DNA of 64,000 nt from Felis catus (taxonomy: Eukaryota), in contig NC_058373.1 in assembly GCF_018350175.1 (NCBI RefSeq), positions 111,416,001 to 111,480,000 on the forward strand, written 5' to 3'. Positions 24,946-37,972 of this stretch are shown piece after piece. Positions within the stretch are counted from its first letter, which is position 1, and the number at the start of each line of letters is the position of its first letter. The notes below the pieces were generated by a model that did not search any database, was not told where the DNA came from, and worked only from the letters and a program-made list of their open reading frames with translations. The position numbers were made by a program, and so were the translations under genes.

Positions 24946-25119
24946 TGAGAGAGCATGAGTGGGGGAGGGGCAGAGAGAGAGGGAGACACAGAATCAGAAG
25001 CAGGCTACAGGCTCTGAGCTTCAGCACAGAGCCCAACACAGGGCTCGAACTTGTGAACCATGAGATCATGACCTGGGTTGAAGTTGGATGCTCAACCAAC
25101 TGAGCCACCCAGATGCCCC
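24886..25119 (-). mobile_element. CAN-SINE
   Basis: SINE body; TSD tggacatatatttta. Confidence 0.95.
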
Positions 25120-26069
25120 TGGACATATATTTTAATTTCTCTTAGGTAAATATCTAAATGTGGAACGACTGGATCATATAGTAGGTATTTGTGTAACTTT
25201 TTAGGAAGTTGCCAAATAGTTTTTCAAAGTGCCTATACCATTTTTTTGTTCTTGCTGGCAGTGTGTGATAGTTTCTCTATATCTTATCAACATTTGGTAT
25301 GGTTATTCCTTTTAATTTTAGCCATTCTAGTAGGTGTAAAATGTTATCTACTTGTGTTTTAATTTCCATTTCTCTAATGACTAGTGACATTGAGCATCAT
25401 TTCTTGTGTTTATTTACCACTTGTATATTTTCTTTGGTAAAATGTGTGCTCAAATCTTTTACCCATTATTTTAATTGGGTTGTTTTCTGATTATTGAGTT
25501 TTGAATGCTTCCTATATATTTTGATTCTATGTATTTCAGAGGTCTCCTGGATGGTGGCTTATCTTTTCATTCTTTTAACAGTCTCTTTTGAGGAATAAAA
25601 ACTTCTAATTTTGATGAAAGTTCAGGCTATCCATTTATTCTTATCTGGATCATGTTCTTGTTTTTGTATCTAAGATATATTTGCCTAATGCAAGGTTATA
25701 AAAGCTTTCTCCTAAGATATCTTCTGGAAGTTTTATGGTTTTAGGTTTTATGATTAGTGGTATGATGCATTTTGAGTTAGTGTTTTTTATGTGAAGTGAA
25801 AATTGAATAAGGGTTCTTTTTTTTTTTTTTGCATTGTGATATCCACTTGTTCTAGGACCATTTGTTGACAGGCCATCCTTTACACTTTTGCCTAAAATCA
25901 GCTGATCATATATGTCTGGGTTTATTTCTGATTACCTAATTCATTACTGATCTCTTGCCTGTCTCAGTGCTACTACTATTTTGATTCCTGTGGCTTTATA
26001 AGAAGTCATGAAACCAAGTTGTGCTACTCACCTAACTTTTTTCTTCTTTTTCAGTGTTATTTTGGCTAT

Positions 26070-26808
26070 TGTGCTGGTTATTGATTTATTGCATCTTAGC
26101 TCCAGATTTTCCCTTTTTGCCTGTTCTGTGAAAATGGATCTGGCTTTTTTAGTATTTTTCTTTTGCCAGCTGGCATAGTGTTGGGCTTTGTCAATAGAGA
26201 GTGCTGCAGAGACATTGCAGGAGGAAAAAGTTTTGCTTCTTGGTTTCTGTGTGCTTGCTTGGCAAGCTCCAGCAGCATACTCAACTTCTCTAGAATCAGC
26301 CCACATGGCTTCCTTAGTGTACAGTTCTTGCCGTATGTGTGACTTTACCAGCACTAAGCTTCTTTAGTGCTCAGAGGGCCGCAGTAACCCAGCAGCCAAT
26401 GACCCAAGGCTAGCTTCTCTTTGTACCTCTCGTGTGGGTTTGTAGCAGAATGCCTTCACGGGACGCTGCCAGATAAATGGTTTTTTCTAGCCCCCTTATG
26501 AATGGATTTCTGCCAAGTTTCTCAAGGCAAATTTCCAGCAAGTTCTGCTGGCATGGCACCAGAATGACTTATCTGTCATTCAGTGAGACAAGGCTGTGCT
26601 TTCTCCGACAGGGTCTGATCTCTGCCCTGTAGAACGGCACTCTTGTCTCAGCCCTAGGAGGTGTTAGCCGCTCTTGTATTGTCTTTGCTTCTCACTAGTT
26701 AATTGTTGTTACACCGAGCCCTGTTATAGTTAATATTCTTTATACTTAACTTTCCCTTTTCAAATTTCCTTGTGACTTCTCTTTTCTGATTGGATCCAGA
26801 GTGATGCA
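26070..26808 (+). mobile_element. ERVL solo LTR, LTR41-like, inserted in L1
   Basis: TG...CA termini; degenerate 5-bp TSD gctat/actgt; L1 sequence resumes on both sides. Confidence 0.75.
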
Positions 26809-28204
26809 ACTGTTCTAGGTTTTTTACATTTCCATCTGAATTTTAGAAGCAGTTACTAAATGTCTGGAAAAAAAAAAAGCCTACTGGGATATTCACTGAA
26901 TCTATGCATAAATCTGTGGGAATTGCATTGGAATCTATAGATAAATTTGGGGAGAATTTACCTCTTAACAGTAGTGAGTCTTTTGACCCATGGATAATGT
27001 ATCACTGTTTATTCAGATTTTCAGTTCCCTTCAGTAGTGTTTTACGGTTTTATTATACAGATTTTTCCCAGATTTTGTCAGATTTACGCCTAAGTGTATT
27101 ATATTTTTTATGTTCTTATAAATGGTATTGTTTTTGTTAAAAATCCCACTTTTGAGTTGTTCATTGCAAACATATGAAAATGCAGTTGGTGCTTATATCC
27201 TGCAGCCTTGTTAAATTCATTTTCTGGTTCTAGTTTTTGTTTTGTTTTGTTTTGTTCTGTTTTTTTTGGCAGATTCCATTGGATTTTCTACATAGATAGT
27301 CATGTCTTCTGTGAATGAAGAGAGTTTTACTTCTTTAATTCCACTCTGGGTGCCTTTTATTTCTTTTTCTTTGCCTGACTTCATTGGCTAGATGCTCTGG
27401 TATAATGGTAAATAGAAATGGTGAGAATGGATATTCTAGTCTTCTTATTTTAGGGGGAAAGCATCTATTCTTACACAAGTATGATGTTAATTATAGATTT
27501 TTCATAGATACCCTTTATTGGATTTATTAAATTTGTTTCTATTTCTAGTTTGCAGAGACTTCAAATCAGAAATGGATATTGAATTTTGTTAAAATACTTT
27601 TTTATGTGTGTCTGTTGAGATGAAAGTTACTATTTTTTTATGTTTTAGCCCTAGATAATGCAAGTGTCTGTTATTGTGCACAATTTTGTTATTTTTTCCC
27701 CCCAAAATGACCCTATTCCCATAAAAAAGTCAATTAATTTGCATGTAGAATACCTGGGTTTAAAAAATACTTTATGTGCAATATTATTTCTAATTGGTTA
27801 AAACATACACTACGCTAATAACAGTGGAGTCTAATTATTGAACTGTGATATGAAAAAAATAGAGAAAAATCTGACAAGTGTCCAGAAAATATCTACTGAA
27901 GAATTGTGATTGAGTACAATTGTTTTAATTCTGAAGTTATGTTCAGCATTACTAATGGGAGACAGTTAGCTATAGGATACTTGAGGATCATTAGTGAGTG
28001 CTTAGGAAGAAGTAAAAACAATAAATGAATTACATGAAGAAAATTTTAAAGCATAGAGGCTTGCTTAGGTAAAGATTGAAAAAAGCAGTAAGTAGACCTA
28101 ACAGAACACAAGGGGCTCAGAAGAATGCAGTTATTTCTTATAGCAAGTACTTGGAGTTAAAGCAATGTAGCTGGTGGTTTTGGTGAAGTGGAAAGAATTG
28201 CCCT

Positions 28205-28395
28205 GGGATAATTGGATTTAATTCCTGTACTTACCACTTCCTAACTGGGTAAGTTTCTTAAACTAAGTTTCTGATTTCTCATCTGTAGAATGAACATAAG
28301 AATATCCCAAGGGTTGTAATGAAGAATAAATAGAATCAGTTACATAAAAGTGCATAGTAGTGTAGTTAGGTGTTTAATAAATGTTTGTCTTTATT
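28205..28395 (+). mobile_element. MIR relic
   Basis: accacttcctaactgggtaagtttcttaa...tttctcatctgtagaatg...ttaataaatgtt. Confidence 0.75.
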
Positions 28396-30924
28396 ATATT
28401 TTTTAATGACCAGTGGAAGCTTTTCTATTCTGTTGCCTATTTCCCTGGTGATTATATTTAGTCACAGAAATAGTGCCCACAGTTACTTTGAAACCCATCA
28501 AGAAAATAAAAAATGAAGCCAATTCCTGCTGCTTTGACCTTCTGTGTTTTCATAGTTTCAAAGAAAACGAAACAGAGCACTGTCAACATAAGACTGTATT
28601 AGAAAATGCTCTGAAAGAAAGTTCTAACTTGAGGAAGGATGGCAGAATTTTTTATAGGGCATTAGCAGGAGGGGTTAGGCATAGTTTGGGGGAATAGTTG
28701 GTCAAGGATGGTTCTCAGAGAATTGATCTTGTAGAGTAGCAGCCATTGAACAGTTTGGATTTTATCAAGAATTTTAGGGAGAATCAGCTGTGGGGGTCAA
28801 GGACGTGAGTGGACCAATGGCAAATTCTCAGGTTTTTAGTGTCTGCACAGTAGATTTTTCTATCATTGGCTCTTGCTGTCTTCTCCCCCTCTACCCCTGC
28901 CACCCTAGTATAAGGGCCCTTCCATTATCCTGGTCATGATTTTAGACAGCTTCTAGCTCTTGATCTTAGAGGTAATATCTTTATGAAACTATAAAATACA
29001 AGGAATTAAGTATTTCGTAGAGCTGGAAAGTTCTTTCAGTCTTTTCTTCCTGCCCTCTTTGCATTGTGTTTTGGATTCCGTTATGTAGCTGCTCTGCAGT
29101 AGAGGAAATGGTAACGTATGATAATGAAAAACTTCAAAGTAGTTTGAAGGCTGGAAGGGAGATTTGAAATGCTGGGAGATTTGAATAGGGTTTTGCAGCA
29201 GCTATTTTAGTTGATGACACATCTTCAACTTAAATTGCAATTCATTTTTTTAAAAAGTTTGCCTTATATTTCTGTGAGGATTCTAGTAGAAGTCAAATGA
29301 AATTATTTTTGATAGCTGGTTTGTGAATGTTGGTATTTACAGCCAACCTTCCAAAGCCTACCTTGGCTTTCAGGGAGCTCAGCTTGTGACTAAATGGATC
29401 ATCTCTTTTCTTGTATCTATTTAATGCATTACTGGTTTCTAGCAGCTGATACTTAACATTGTTCATTCTTGAGTGTGGTGCTTCATGTGATTTCTTTTCC
29501 TTTATGAGGTACTTTTTGACTATAGGTGGATCCATTCTCCTGTATATATAATCTGTGCTTTGAAATTAAATTATCCTTGTCCTTTTTGAATACATAAATC
29601 CTTTTATTATCTGATAGTTTGCTCTTGCTTTGTGGCTTCCTGTGTCCCTTTTGTAATGCTTAGCTTTTAATTTAAATGCAAGATTGCCTTAGTTAGCATC
29701 CAAGGAAGACTTTGGCCTATTCAGACATTGAGAAAATATGAATATTTGACCACTATATTTAGGATTATTGGGGCTTTTCATTCTAATTTTTAGAATATAG
29801 AAAGTGAGGCAAGTTTCTTATTTTTTCCTAATCAAGCTCACCATAGACCTTGTACTTTTTAAACTGGCTTGAATGAAAGAAATACATATATGAAGAATGG
29901 CATATCTGCTATTTCTACATGGATGTACTTACCATAACTGTGGAAAATATATTTGATTTACTGTGAAGCTCTCAGGGTAAATGTTTAAGATATAATCAAT
30001 ATTTTAGTATTTTCATGTATAGTTAAGCACTTTCCGTAAATTATGATAATGTTATTTATGGTTTTATTTGTTCTGCAAAATATCACAAAAAGTTCCATAA
30101 TGTGGCTTTCTTTTTTTGGTATTCAGAGGAAGTTAGATAAGATTTATCTACAACTAAATAGTACGTCACTGGTGAGAATCTTTTCTACCTATTATTCTAC
30201 TTTTTAAATCTCATTCTCTTCCACTCATAACATTTGGTGATATGATACAAATGCCACTGTCATAGCTTTCTTTAATTTTCTGGAAAGTATCTTTTATAGT
30301 CTCCATATCTTTAAATCTTGGGAACTCTGAAAAGCTTCTTTATCCTTTATTTCTTCTCAAGAAAATACCTTCATTTATTCTTGATGTTTTTGTAGAAATT
30401 CCTGCTACCCACAGATAGAAATAAAAACATGCAATGTAAAATCTCAGTCATTTAGAGCATTTTAAAAATTAACAAATCAATTATTTAAAAAGTTCCATAG
30501 ATTTGTGATCTTTTTCAGTTTTATTCTGCTTTATTGAAGTATAATTGACATATATTGTAAAATATTTAATATATGCATAATGGTGAGTTCATATAGTCTC
30601 TCTTAGTACTTATATAATGCAGTATTATCAACCATAGCAATCATGCTTTACATTAGATCCTCAGACTTTATTCATCTCATAGCTGGAAGTCTGTACTCCT
30701 TTACCACCCTCTCCCTGTTTCCCTCATCACCCAGTCCCTGGCAACCACTTTTCTACCCTCTGTTACTATGAGTTTGATTTTTTTTTTTTTAATTTCACAT
30801 ATAAGTGATACCATGTAGTATTTTCTCTCTCTGTGACTTATTTTACTTAATATAATACTCTCAAGACTTATTCATTATGTTGGAAATGGGAGGATTTCTT
30901 TTTTTCCTCATGAATGAATAATGC

Positions 30925-30927
<3 letters not shown>

Positions 30928-30972
<45 letters not shown>
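30928..30972. repeat. (AC)n microsatellite in L1 3' UTR
   Basis: Direct reading. Confidence 0.95.
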
Positions 30973-30973
<1 letters not shown>

Positions 30974-31780
30974 TCACATACCACATCTTTATTCATTCAT
31001 CTGTTGATGGACACTTGGGTTGTTTCCATATGTTGGCTATTGAGAATGATATTGCAGTGAACATGGGAATACAGGTATCTCTTTGAAATCCTGTTTTCAT
31101 TTCCTTTGGATGTATACCTAGAAGAGGGATGTCTGGATCATTTGGGTAATTCTATTTTTAATTTTTGAGGAAAACTCCATACATTCTCCATGGTATGCTG
31201 CATCAGTTTACAGTGCCACCAACACTTGTTAAAGCACTTTTCTTTTTGATGAGAGCCATTGTAACATGTGTGAGGTGATATCTCATTGTAGTTTTGATTT
31301 GTATTTGGTGATGACTAGTGATGCTGAGCACCTTTTCACATACCTAATAGCCATTTGTAGGTCTTCTATGGAAAAAAATGTCAGTTTTTTAATCAGGTAT
31401 TTTTGTTTTGTTTTGTTATTCAGTAGTATGAGTTCTTTGTATATTTTGGTTATTAACCCGTTATCAGGTATATGGTTTGAGAATATTTTCTTCCATTCCA
31501 TAGGTTTCCTCTTTATTTAATTGGTGATTTCCCTTGCTTTGCAGAAACTTTTTGATAAAGTCCCATTTGTTTGTTTTTGCTTTTGTCACTTTTACTTTTG
31601 GTGTTTTGAAGTTGAAAACATCATTGTCAAGACTGATGTCAAGGAACTTGCCCCCTATGTTACCTTCTAAGAGTTTTATCATTTCAGGTCTTTATTCTTG
31701 ACTTGTCAAATATTAATTGACCATATATGCATGAGTTTATTTCAGAGCTCTCTATTTTGTCCCATTGGTTTGTGTGTGTT

Positions 31781-31823
31781 TTTTTTAAGTTTATTTATTT
31801 TGAGAGAGAGATAGTGTGGGAGG

Positions 31824-31871
<48 letters not shown>

Positions 31872-32014
31872 GGGAGGAAGGGAGAGAATCCCAAGCAGGC
31901 TCTGTGCTATGAGCAGAGACGCTGACACTGGGGTCTGTCTTGCAAACCATGAGATCATTACCTGAGCTGAAATCAAGAGTTAGATGCTTAACAGACTGGA
32001 CCACCCAGGTGCCC
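31781..32014 (-). mobile_element. CAN-SINE in L1
   Basis: SINE body with (GA)n. Confidence 0.93.
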
Positions 32015-35000
32015 CATCTTTTTTTTATGTCAGTATTATACTGTGTTGATTACTATAGCTTTGTAATATAATTTGAAATTGGGAAGTATGAGGCCTCTAG
32101 ATTTGTTCTTAAGATTGCTGTGGCTCTTTGGGGTCTTTTGTGGTTCAATACAAAATTTATGATTTGTTAGTTCTGAGAAAAATGCCATTGGAATTTTGAT
32201 AGGGATTGCATTGAATTTGTAGATTGCTTTAGACTATTTGGCCATTTTAGCGATATTAATTCTTCCAGTCTGTAAGCACAGGTTTTTTTTTGTACTTTGC
32301 ATTTATTTGTGTCTTCTTCAGTTTCTTTCATTAGTGTCTTATAGTTTTCATGTACAAGTCTTTCACCTCCTTTGCTAATTTATTGCTAAGTATTTTCTTT
32401 TTTTTTTTTTTTGATGCAGTTGTGAATGGGATTTTCTTAATTTCTGTTTCTAACTTGTTCTTAGTGATATTTGTATATTGTATTTTGCATATTGTATATT
32501 GCATCTTTACTGAACTTGTTGATTGGTTCTAACAGGTTTTTTTTCTGTGTGTGTGTGTGGAGTGTTAGTATTTTTTTATATATAATATCATATTACTGCA
32601 AATGGTGAGTTCTATGAACTCCTTTCCAATTTGGATGTCTTACTTCTTTTTCTTGCCTAATGGCTCTGGCTAGGACTTCCAGTACTGTGTTGAATGAAAG
32701 TAATGAGAGTGGACATCTTTGTCTTGTTCCTGATCTTAGAGGAAAAACTTGCAGCTTTTCACCATTGAGTATGGTGTTAACTGTGGGCTTGTCATATGTG
32801 GCTTTTATTTTCTTGAGGTATGTTTCCACTATATTCAGTTTGTTGAGAGTTTTTATTATGAAAGAATGTTGAATTTTTTAAAATATATTTTTCATCTATT
32901 GAGATGATAATATGAATTTTATCCTTCATTTTGTGTGTGCTATATTACATTTATTGATTTGCCTATATTGAACCATTGTTGCATCACAGGAATAAAACCA
33001 ACTTGATCATAGTGAATGATCTTTTGAATGTGTTGTTGAATTCTGTTGGCTAATATTTTGTTGGGGATTTTTGCATTCATGTTCATCAGGGGTATTGGCC
33101 TGTAGTTTTCTTTTTTGTAGTGTCCTTGTTTGGTTTTGATATCAGGGTAATGCTGGCCTTGTAAAATGAATTTCTTCCATTCTCTTCAATTTTTGGGAAG
33201 ATTTTTGAGAAAGTTTGGTATTAATTCTTCTTTAAATGTTTGGTAGAATTTACCAGTAAAGCCATCTGGTCCTGAATTTTTTGTAGGGAGGTTTTTGATT
33301 ACTTATTAAATCTTGTTAGTAAATGTTCTGTTCAGATTTTCTATTTTTTCTTGATTCAGCCTTGGCAGGTTGGTGTATTTCTAAGAATTTGTCCATTTTT
33401 TAGGTTGTCCGATTTGTTGGTGTGTAATTGTTTGTAGTAGTCTCTTATGATCTTTTGTATATGTGTGATACAAGCTGTAATGTCTCTTCATTCATTTATG
33501 ATTTTATTTGAGTTCTTTCTCAGTTTTCTTGGTTGGTCTAGCTAAATGTCTATCTTTTCAAAAAACCAGCTTTTAGTTTCATTGATTTTTTTTAAAATTT
33601 TTATTTCATTTATTTCTATTTCATTCCTTTCTTCCTTTTTTTTTTTTTTTTCTTCTTCCTTTGACTAACTTTGGGCTTAGTTTCATTTTATGTTTCTAGT
33701 TCCCTGATGTGTAAAGTTAGGTTGTTTATTTGAGTTTTTTATTATTTCTTAATGTTGGTATTTATTATTTTGAACATCCCTCTTAGAAATGCTTTTGCTG
33801 CATCCCTTAAGCTTTTGTATTGTGTATTTCCATATTAATTTGTCTAAAGATAATGTTTTTATTTTTTCTTTGATCCATTTGTAGTTCAATAGCATGTTGT
33901 TTAATCTTCACATATTTGTCAATGTTCCAGGTTTCTTCTTGTAATTGATTACTAGTTTGATACTATAGAAAAGATGCTTAATAAGATTTCATTTTTAAAA
34001 ATTTATTAAGACTTGTTTTGTGGCCTAACATGTTGTATCCTGGAGAATGTTCATGTGTACTTAAGTATTCTCTTACTGTTACAATGTCTTATAAATTTCT
34101 TTTGTGTCCATACGATCTAATGTGTAGTTTAAGTCTTAAGTCCAGTGTTTTCATATTGATATTCTTTCTAGATGATCTATCCATTTTTGAAACTGAGGTA
34201 TTAAGGTTTCTACTATTATTGCATTGTTGTCTATTTCTCCCTTCAGGTCTGTTACTATTTGCTTTATATATTTAGGTGCTTCCATGTTGGATAGATAAAT
34301 ATTTTAAAATCCTACAACCACTTGTTGGATTGACCCCTTTAGTCTTATATAATTACCTTCTTTGTCTCAAATGCACTCTTTTGCTGGGAATGCTATTTTG
34401 TGTGATGTAAGTGTAAATATTCTTGCTTTCTTTTAGTTTTCTTTTGCCTGGAATATCTTTTTCCATCCCTTTCCTTTCAATCTGTATATATCCTTAAGAC
34501 ATATAAGAGAACTTAGTCCCTTACATTTAAAGTAATTATAGATGGATATGGACTTAACTGTCATTTTGTTAATAGTTTCTTGCTGTTTTGTAATTCCTTT
34601 GTTCCTTTTTTAAATCTCTTTGTGATTTGATACTTGTCTATAGTGGTGTGCTTAGATTTCTTTTTGTTTACCTTTTGTATATATGTTACAGGTTTTTGCT
34701 TTCTGGTTACCATGAGGCTTATGTAAAACATTTTATATTTGTGATAGTCTGTTTTAATTTGATATCAACTTATGTCAAATGCATACTAAAGCTCTCTTTA
34801 CTATACCTCAGTGCATTTTGTTTTTGATATTATAATTGACATCTTTTTACGTTGTGTATCCATTAACAAATTATATTATTTTTGTCTTTTAGGCTTCATA
34901 TTAGATTTACGAGTGATTTACCTACCTTCGTTACGAATTATGTTAATCTGATTTTAACTATGAACAGTATTTACCTTTACCAGGGAGATTTATTCTTTGT

Positions 35001-35844
35001 TTTCTTGTTACTAATTTGTTTCATCCTTTTGTTTGCAGCTTGAAGAAGTCATCTTAACATTTATTACAAAGCTGGTCTAGTATTGATGAACTCCTTAAAC
35101 TTCTACTTTCCTAGAAAACTTTTTATTTCTCCTTCAACTCTATAGGACAACTTTGCTGGGTAGAATATTTTAGGTTGGTAGTTTTTTCTTTAGCACCTTC
35201 ATTGAACTTATTACCTGCAAAAGTTTTTCAGATTTTGCTGAAAAATCTGCTGGTAATCTTATTTTACATATGTTTTTACATAACATAAATTTTTCTTTTG
35301 CTGCCTTTAAGATTCTGTCCTTGTCTTCAACTTTTGACAATTTAATTATAGTGTATCTTGGTTTGGATTTACCTTGTTTGAGATTCTGTGGGCTTCCTAT
35401 ATCTGGAGGTCTTTTTCTTTTCCTGTGTTAGGAAAGTTTTCAGCCATTATTTATTTGAATAGGCTTTCAGCCCCTTTCTCTTTTTATCAGGTAAATCACT
35501 TCTTTCCCTTTTATTAAGATCTGTTTCAGAGGTTTCATTTTTTTTGTTTGTAATATATTTCTCTGTTTCTTCATTTTTCTTAATTCTCTGTGTTGGCTTC
35601 TGTGCATTAGATAAAACAGTCACATGTCCCAGTCTTGATGGAATGGTCTCATGTAGATGCTGAATCTTATTCAGCCTGGCCCTAGCTCTTGGTTGTTTCT
35701 CAGACCTTTGTGGTTGTCCAAGCTGCCTTCTTCATGACTCCCAGTAGTTGAGAGTATTTCAGGATCTTTCAGTGTCCTCAAGTGGAGGATCAGTCACCAC
35801 CTATATGCTGGCTGAATGAAAGCTGGACCCTCAGGTAGCAGCTT

Positions 35845-36061
35845 AAAAAAAATTTTTTTTAATGTTTATTTTTGAGAGAGACAGAGACAGAGTGTGAGTG
35901 GGGGAAGGGCAGAGAGAAAGGGAGACAGAATTTGGAGCATCCTCCAGGCTCTGAGCAAGCTGTCAGCACAGAGCCTGATGCTGGGCTTGAAGTCACAAAC
36001 TGTGAAATCACGACCTGAGCCAAAGTCGGATGCTTAACCAACTTAGCCACCCAGCTGCTCC
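35845..36061 (-). mobile_element. CAN-SINE in L1 5' UTR
   Basis: TSD tcaggtagcagctt, with an extra tcaggta at the 5' junction. Confidence 0.93.
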
Positions 36062-37510
36062 TCAGGTATCAGGTAGCAGCTTTTAAGTATGCAAGTAGAT
36101 GTGTCTTTCAGGGCAAGACTGGGATCTGGGTGTTTCCCTCTCTTCCCTTTGTTCTGAGCTCTGGGGGTTAGCCAATTAAGAAACTTAAGAACTATTTGTT
36201 TGCTTTTGTCTTATGGGACCTGTGAATGCCATCCTTGCTTGCTTCCAGAACCAAGCAATCAAGTAGTGTATCCCCTGGGTAGAAGCCACGGTACTCAGAG
36301 TGCCAGATGTGTGTACAAGCTCCTTCCAGGAAGCTGTTTGTGATTTATAGTGATCTACTAGGGGAATGCACATTTGGTGTCTGCTGGCTTCCCAGTTTTC
36401 ATGCAGGACTGACATCCGTCTGTAGATGTATGCTAAATTAGAAGCCTCATCCTCTGGCAGCAGCTTTTAAATTATGTAAATAGGCTTCTTTCTGGGAATG
36501 ACTGGGGAGATGGGTGTTTCTGTCTCCTTCCTGTGTGTTGAGCCCTGGGGAGATAGCTAGTTAAGAACTATTTATTTGTTTGCTACAATCCTGTTGAGGA
36601 TTGTTGAGTCTGCTAATGCAAGACTCACTGGCCACCAGAGTTGGGCTATCACAGGGTGTGTCTTTTGGGCAGAAGTTGCAAAGCCCAGGCACCAAATGTG
36701 TATGCAAATTCCTTTCAGGAAGATACCAGTGACTGGTTGCTGGGCAGAGAGAGAACACAAAGATGGTGCCCACTGGCTTTCTTGGTCTCTAGAGAGAATT
36801 ACAGCTGATCCCTAGATGTGTGTTAAATGAGAAGCCTTACCCTAAGGCTGCACCTTTTAAGGTAGCCAAATAGGCCTGTTTCAGGAAAGGCTGGTAGATG
36901 GGCATTTTTGTCTGTTGCCTCTGTTCTGAGTCTTAGACGCATAGCCACAGTGAGTCCCTGAAGCCCACCAAGAACTGTTTATTTGCTGTAGCTTTCTGGG
37001 TCTTGGGAACACAAGCCCCGATGGCTTTTAGAGCTAGATGTTTTGGGGGCTCATCCCTGAGTTAGAAGTCTTAAAAGTTGGGGCACTAGATGTGGGTTGA
37101 AACCCTTTACTCCTCAGGGAGAAGCTGGTGGTTGTGAATTCCCTCTCAGTTGTATGTCAGTCTGCTGGGAGTGGGGTTTATGGAGAGAGTGTTTCTCAGC
37201 TTCTCCTACCCATTCAATGTATGTTTTTTCTTATTTGTCCTTTGGATTTCTTTCAGCAGGACTTGTTTCATGTTTAGCTGTAGATTTAATATGTCTGTGA
37301 GAGGATGTGAGTTTGAGATTTTGTTGCCATCTTTGACTAGAATCAGATTTGTGATTTTCAAATGTTATCCCTTTGAACGAATAACAATATAGTGAATTAA
37401 CTGGGATGCCAGTGATGTCTAAAATATAACACATAAGTGAGTCTTAAGAGGTATATAACTTCATTTTCTGCACGATGTAACTTTTTTAGTAAATATACCA
37501 TTAGAAAATA

Positions 37511-37972
37511 CAGTAGTTCCAGTAGTTCCCCCTTATCCACAGTTTTCCTTTTCATGTTTTCAGTTACCCAGAGTCAACCAGTCTATAAGCAGATGACTCT
37601 CCTTCTAACGTCAGAAGGTCAGTAGTAGCCTAATGCTTTGTCACAGTGCCTGTGTTGTTACCTCACTTTATCTCATCATGTAGGCATTATATCATCTTAC
37701 ATCATTACAAGAAAAGGGATGGTAAAATGTATTTTCAGAAAGAGAGGCCATATTCACGTTATTTTTATTATGGCATATTGTTACAATCTGTTTTATTTTC
37801 AACTATTGTTAATTTCTTACTGTGTCTTGTTTATAAATTAAACATCATCATTGGTCTACATGTATAGGAACAAACATAGTATATATAGGGTTTGGTGCTA
37901 TCTGCACTTTTAGTCCACTGGAGGTCTTGAAATGTATACCCTATGGAAAAGAGTGGAGGGTAGACTATGGTA
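37511..37972. mobile_element. Tigger2-type (TcMar) non-autonomous DNA transposon
   Basis: TA followed by TIR cagtagttcccccttatccac; internal gtcagaaggtcagtagtagcctaa and ccactggaggtcttgaaatgtat motifs; degenerate right TIR. Confidence 0.82.

Larger units (their letters stand above)
24760..27620 (-). mobile_element. Old L1 (L1MD/ME-like) 3' region, interrupted by a SINE and an LTR
   Basis: Typical antisense L1 3' UTR/ORF2 motifs (gttgatggaca, ctaatgactagtgacattgagcat, gaatctatagataaatttgggga). Confidence 0.85.
30520..37335 (-). mobile_element. Near full-length old L1 (L1MA9/L1M3-like) with internal deletions and a repetitive 5' UTR
   Basis: 3' end tttattgaagtataattgaca...acattagatcc; ORF2p RT-region motif [35 protein letters not shown]; 5' UTR monomers at 35800-37100. 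Confidence 0.9.
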
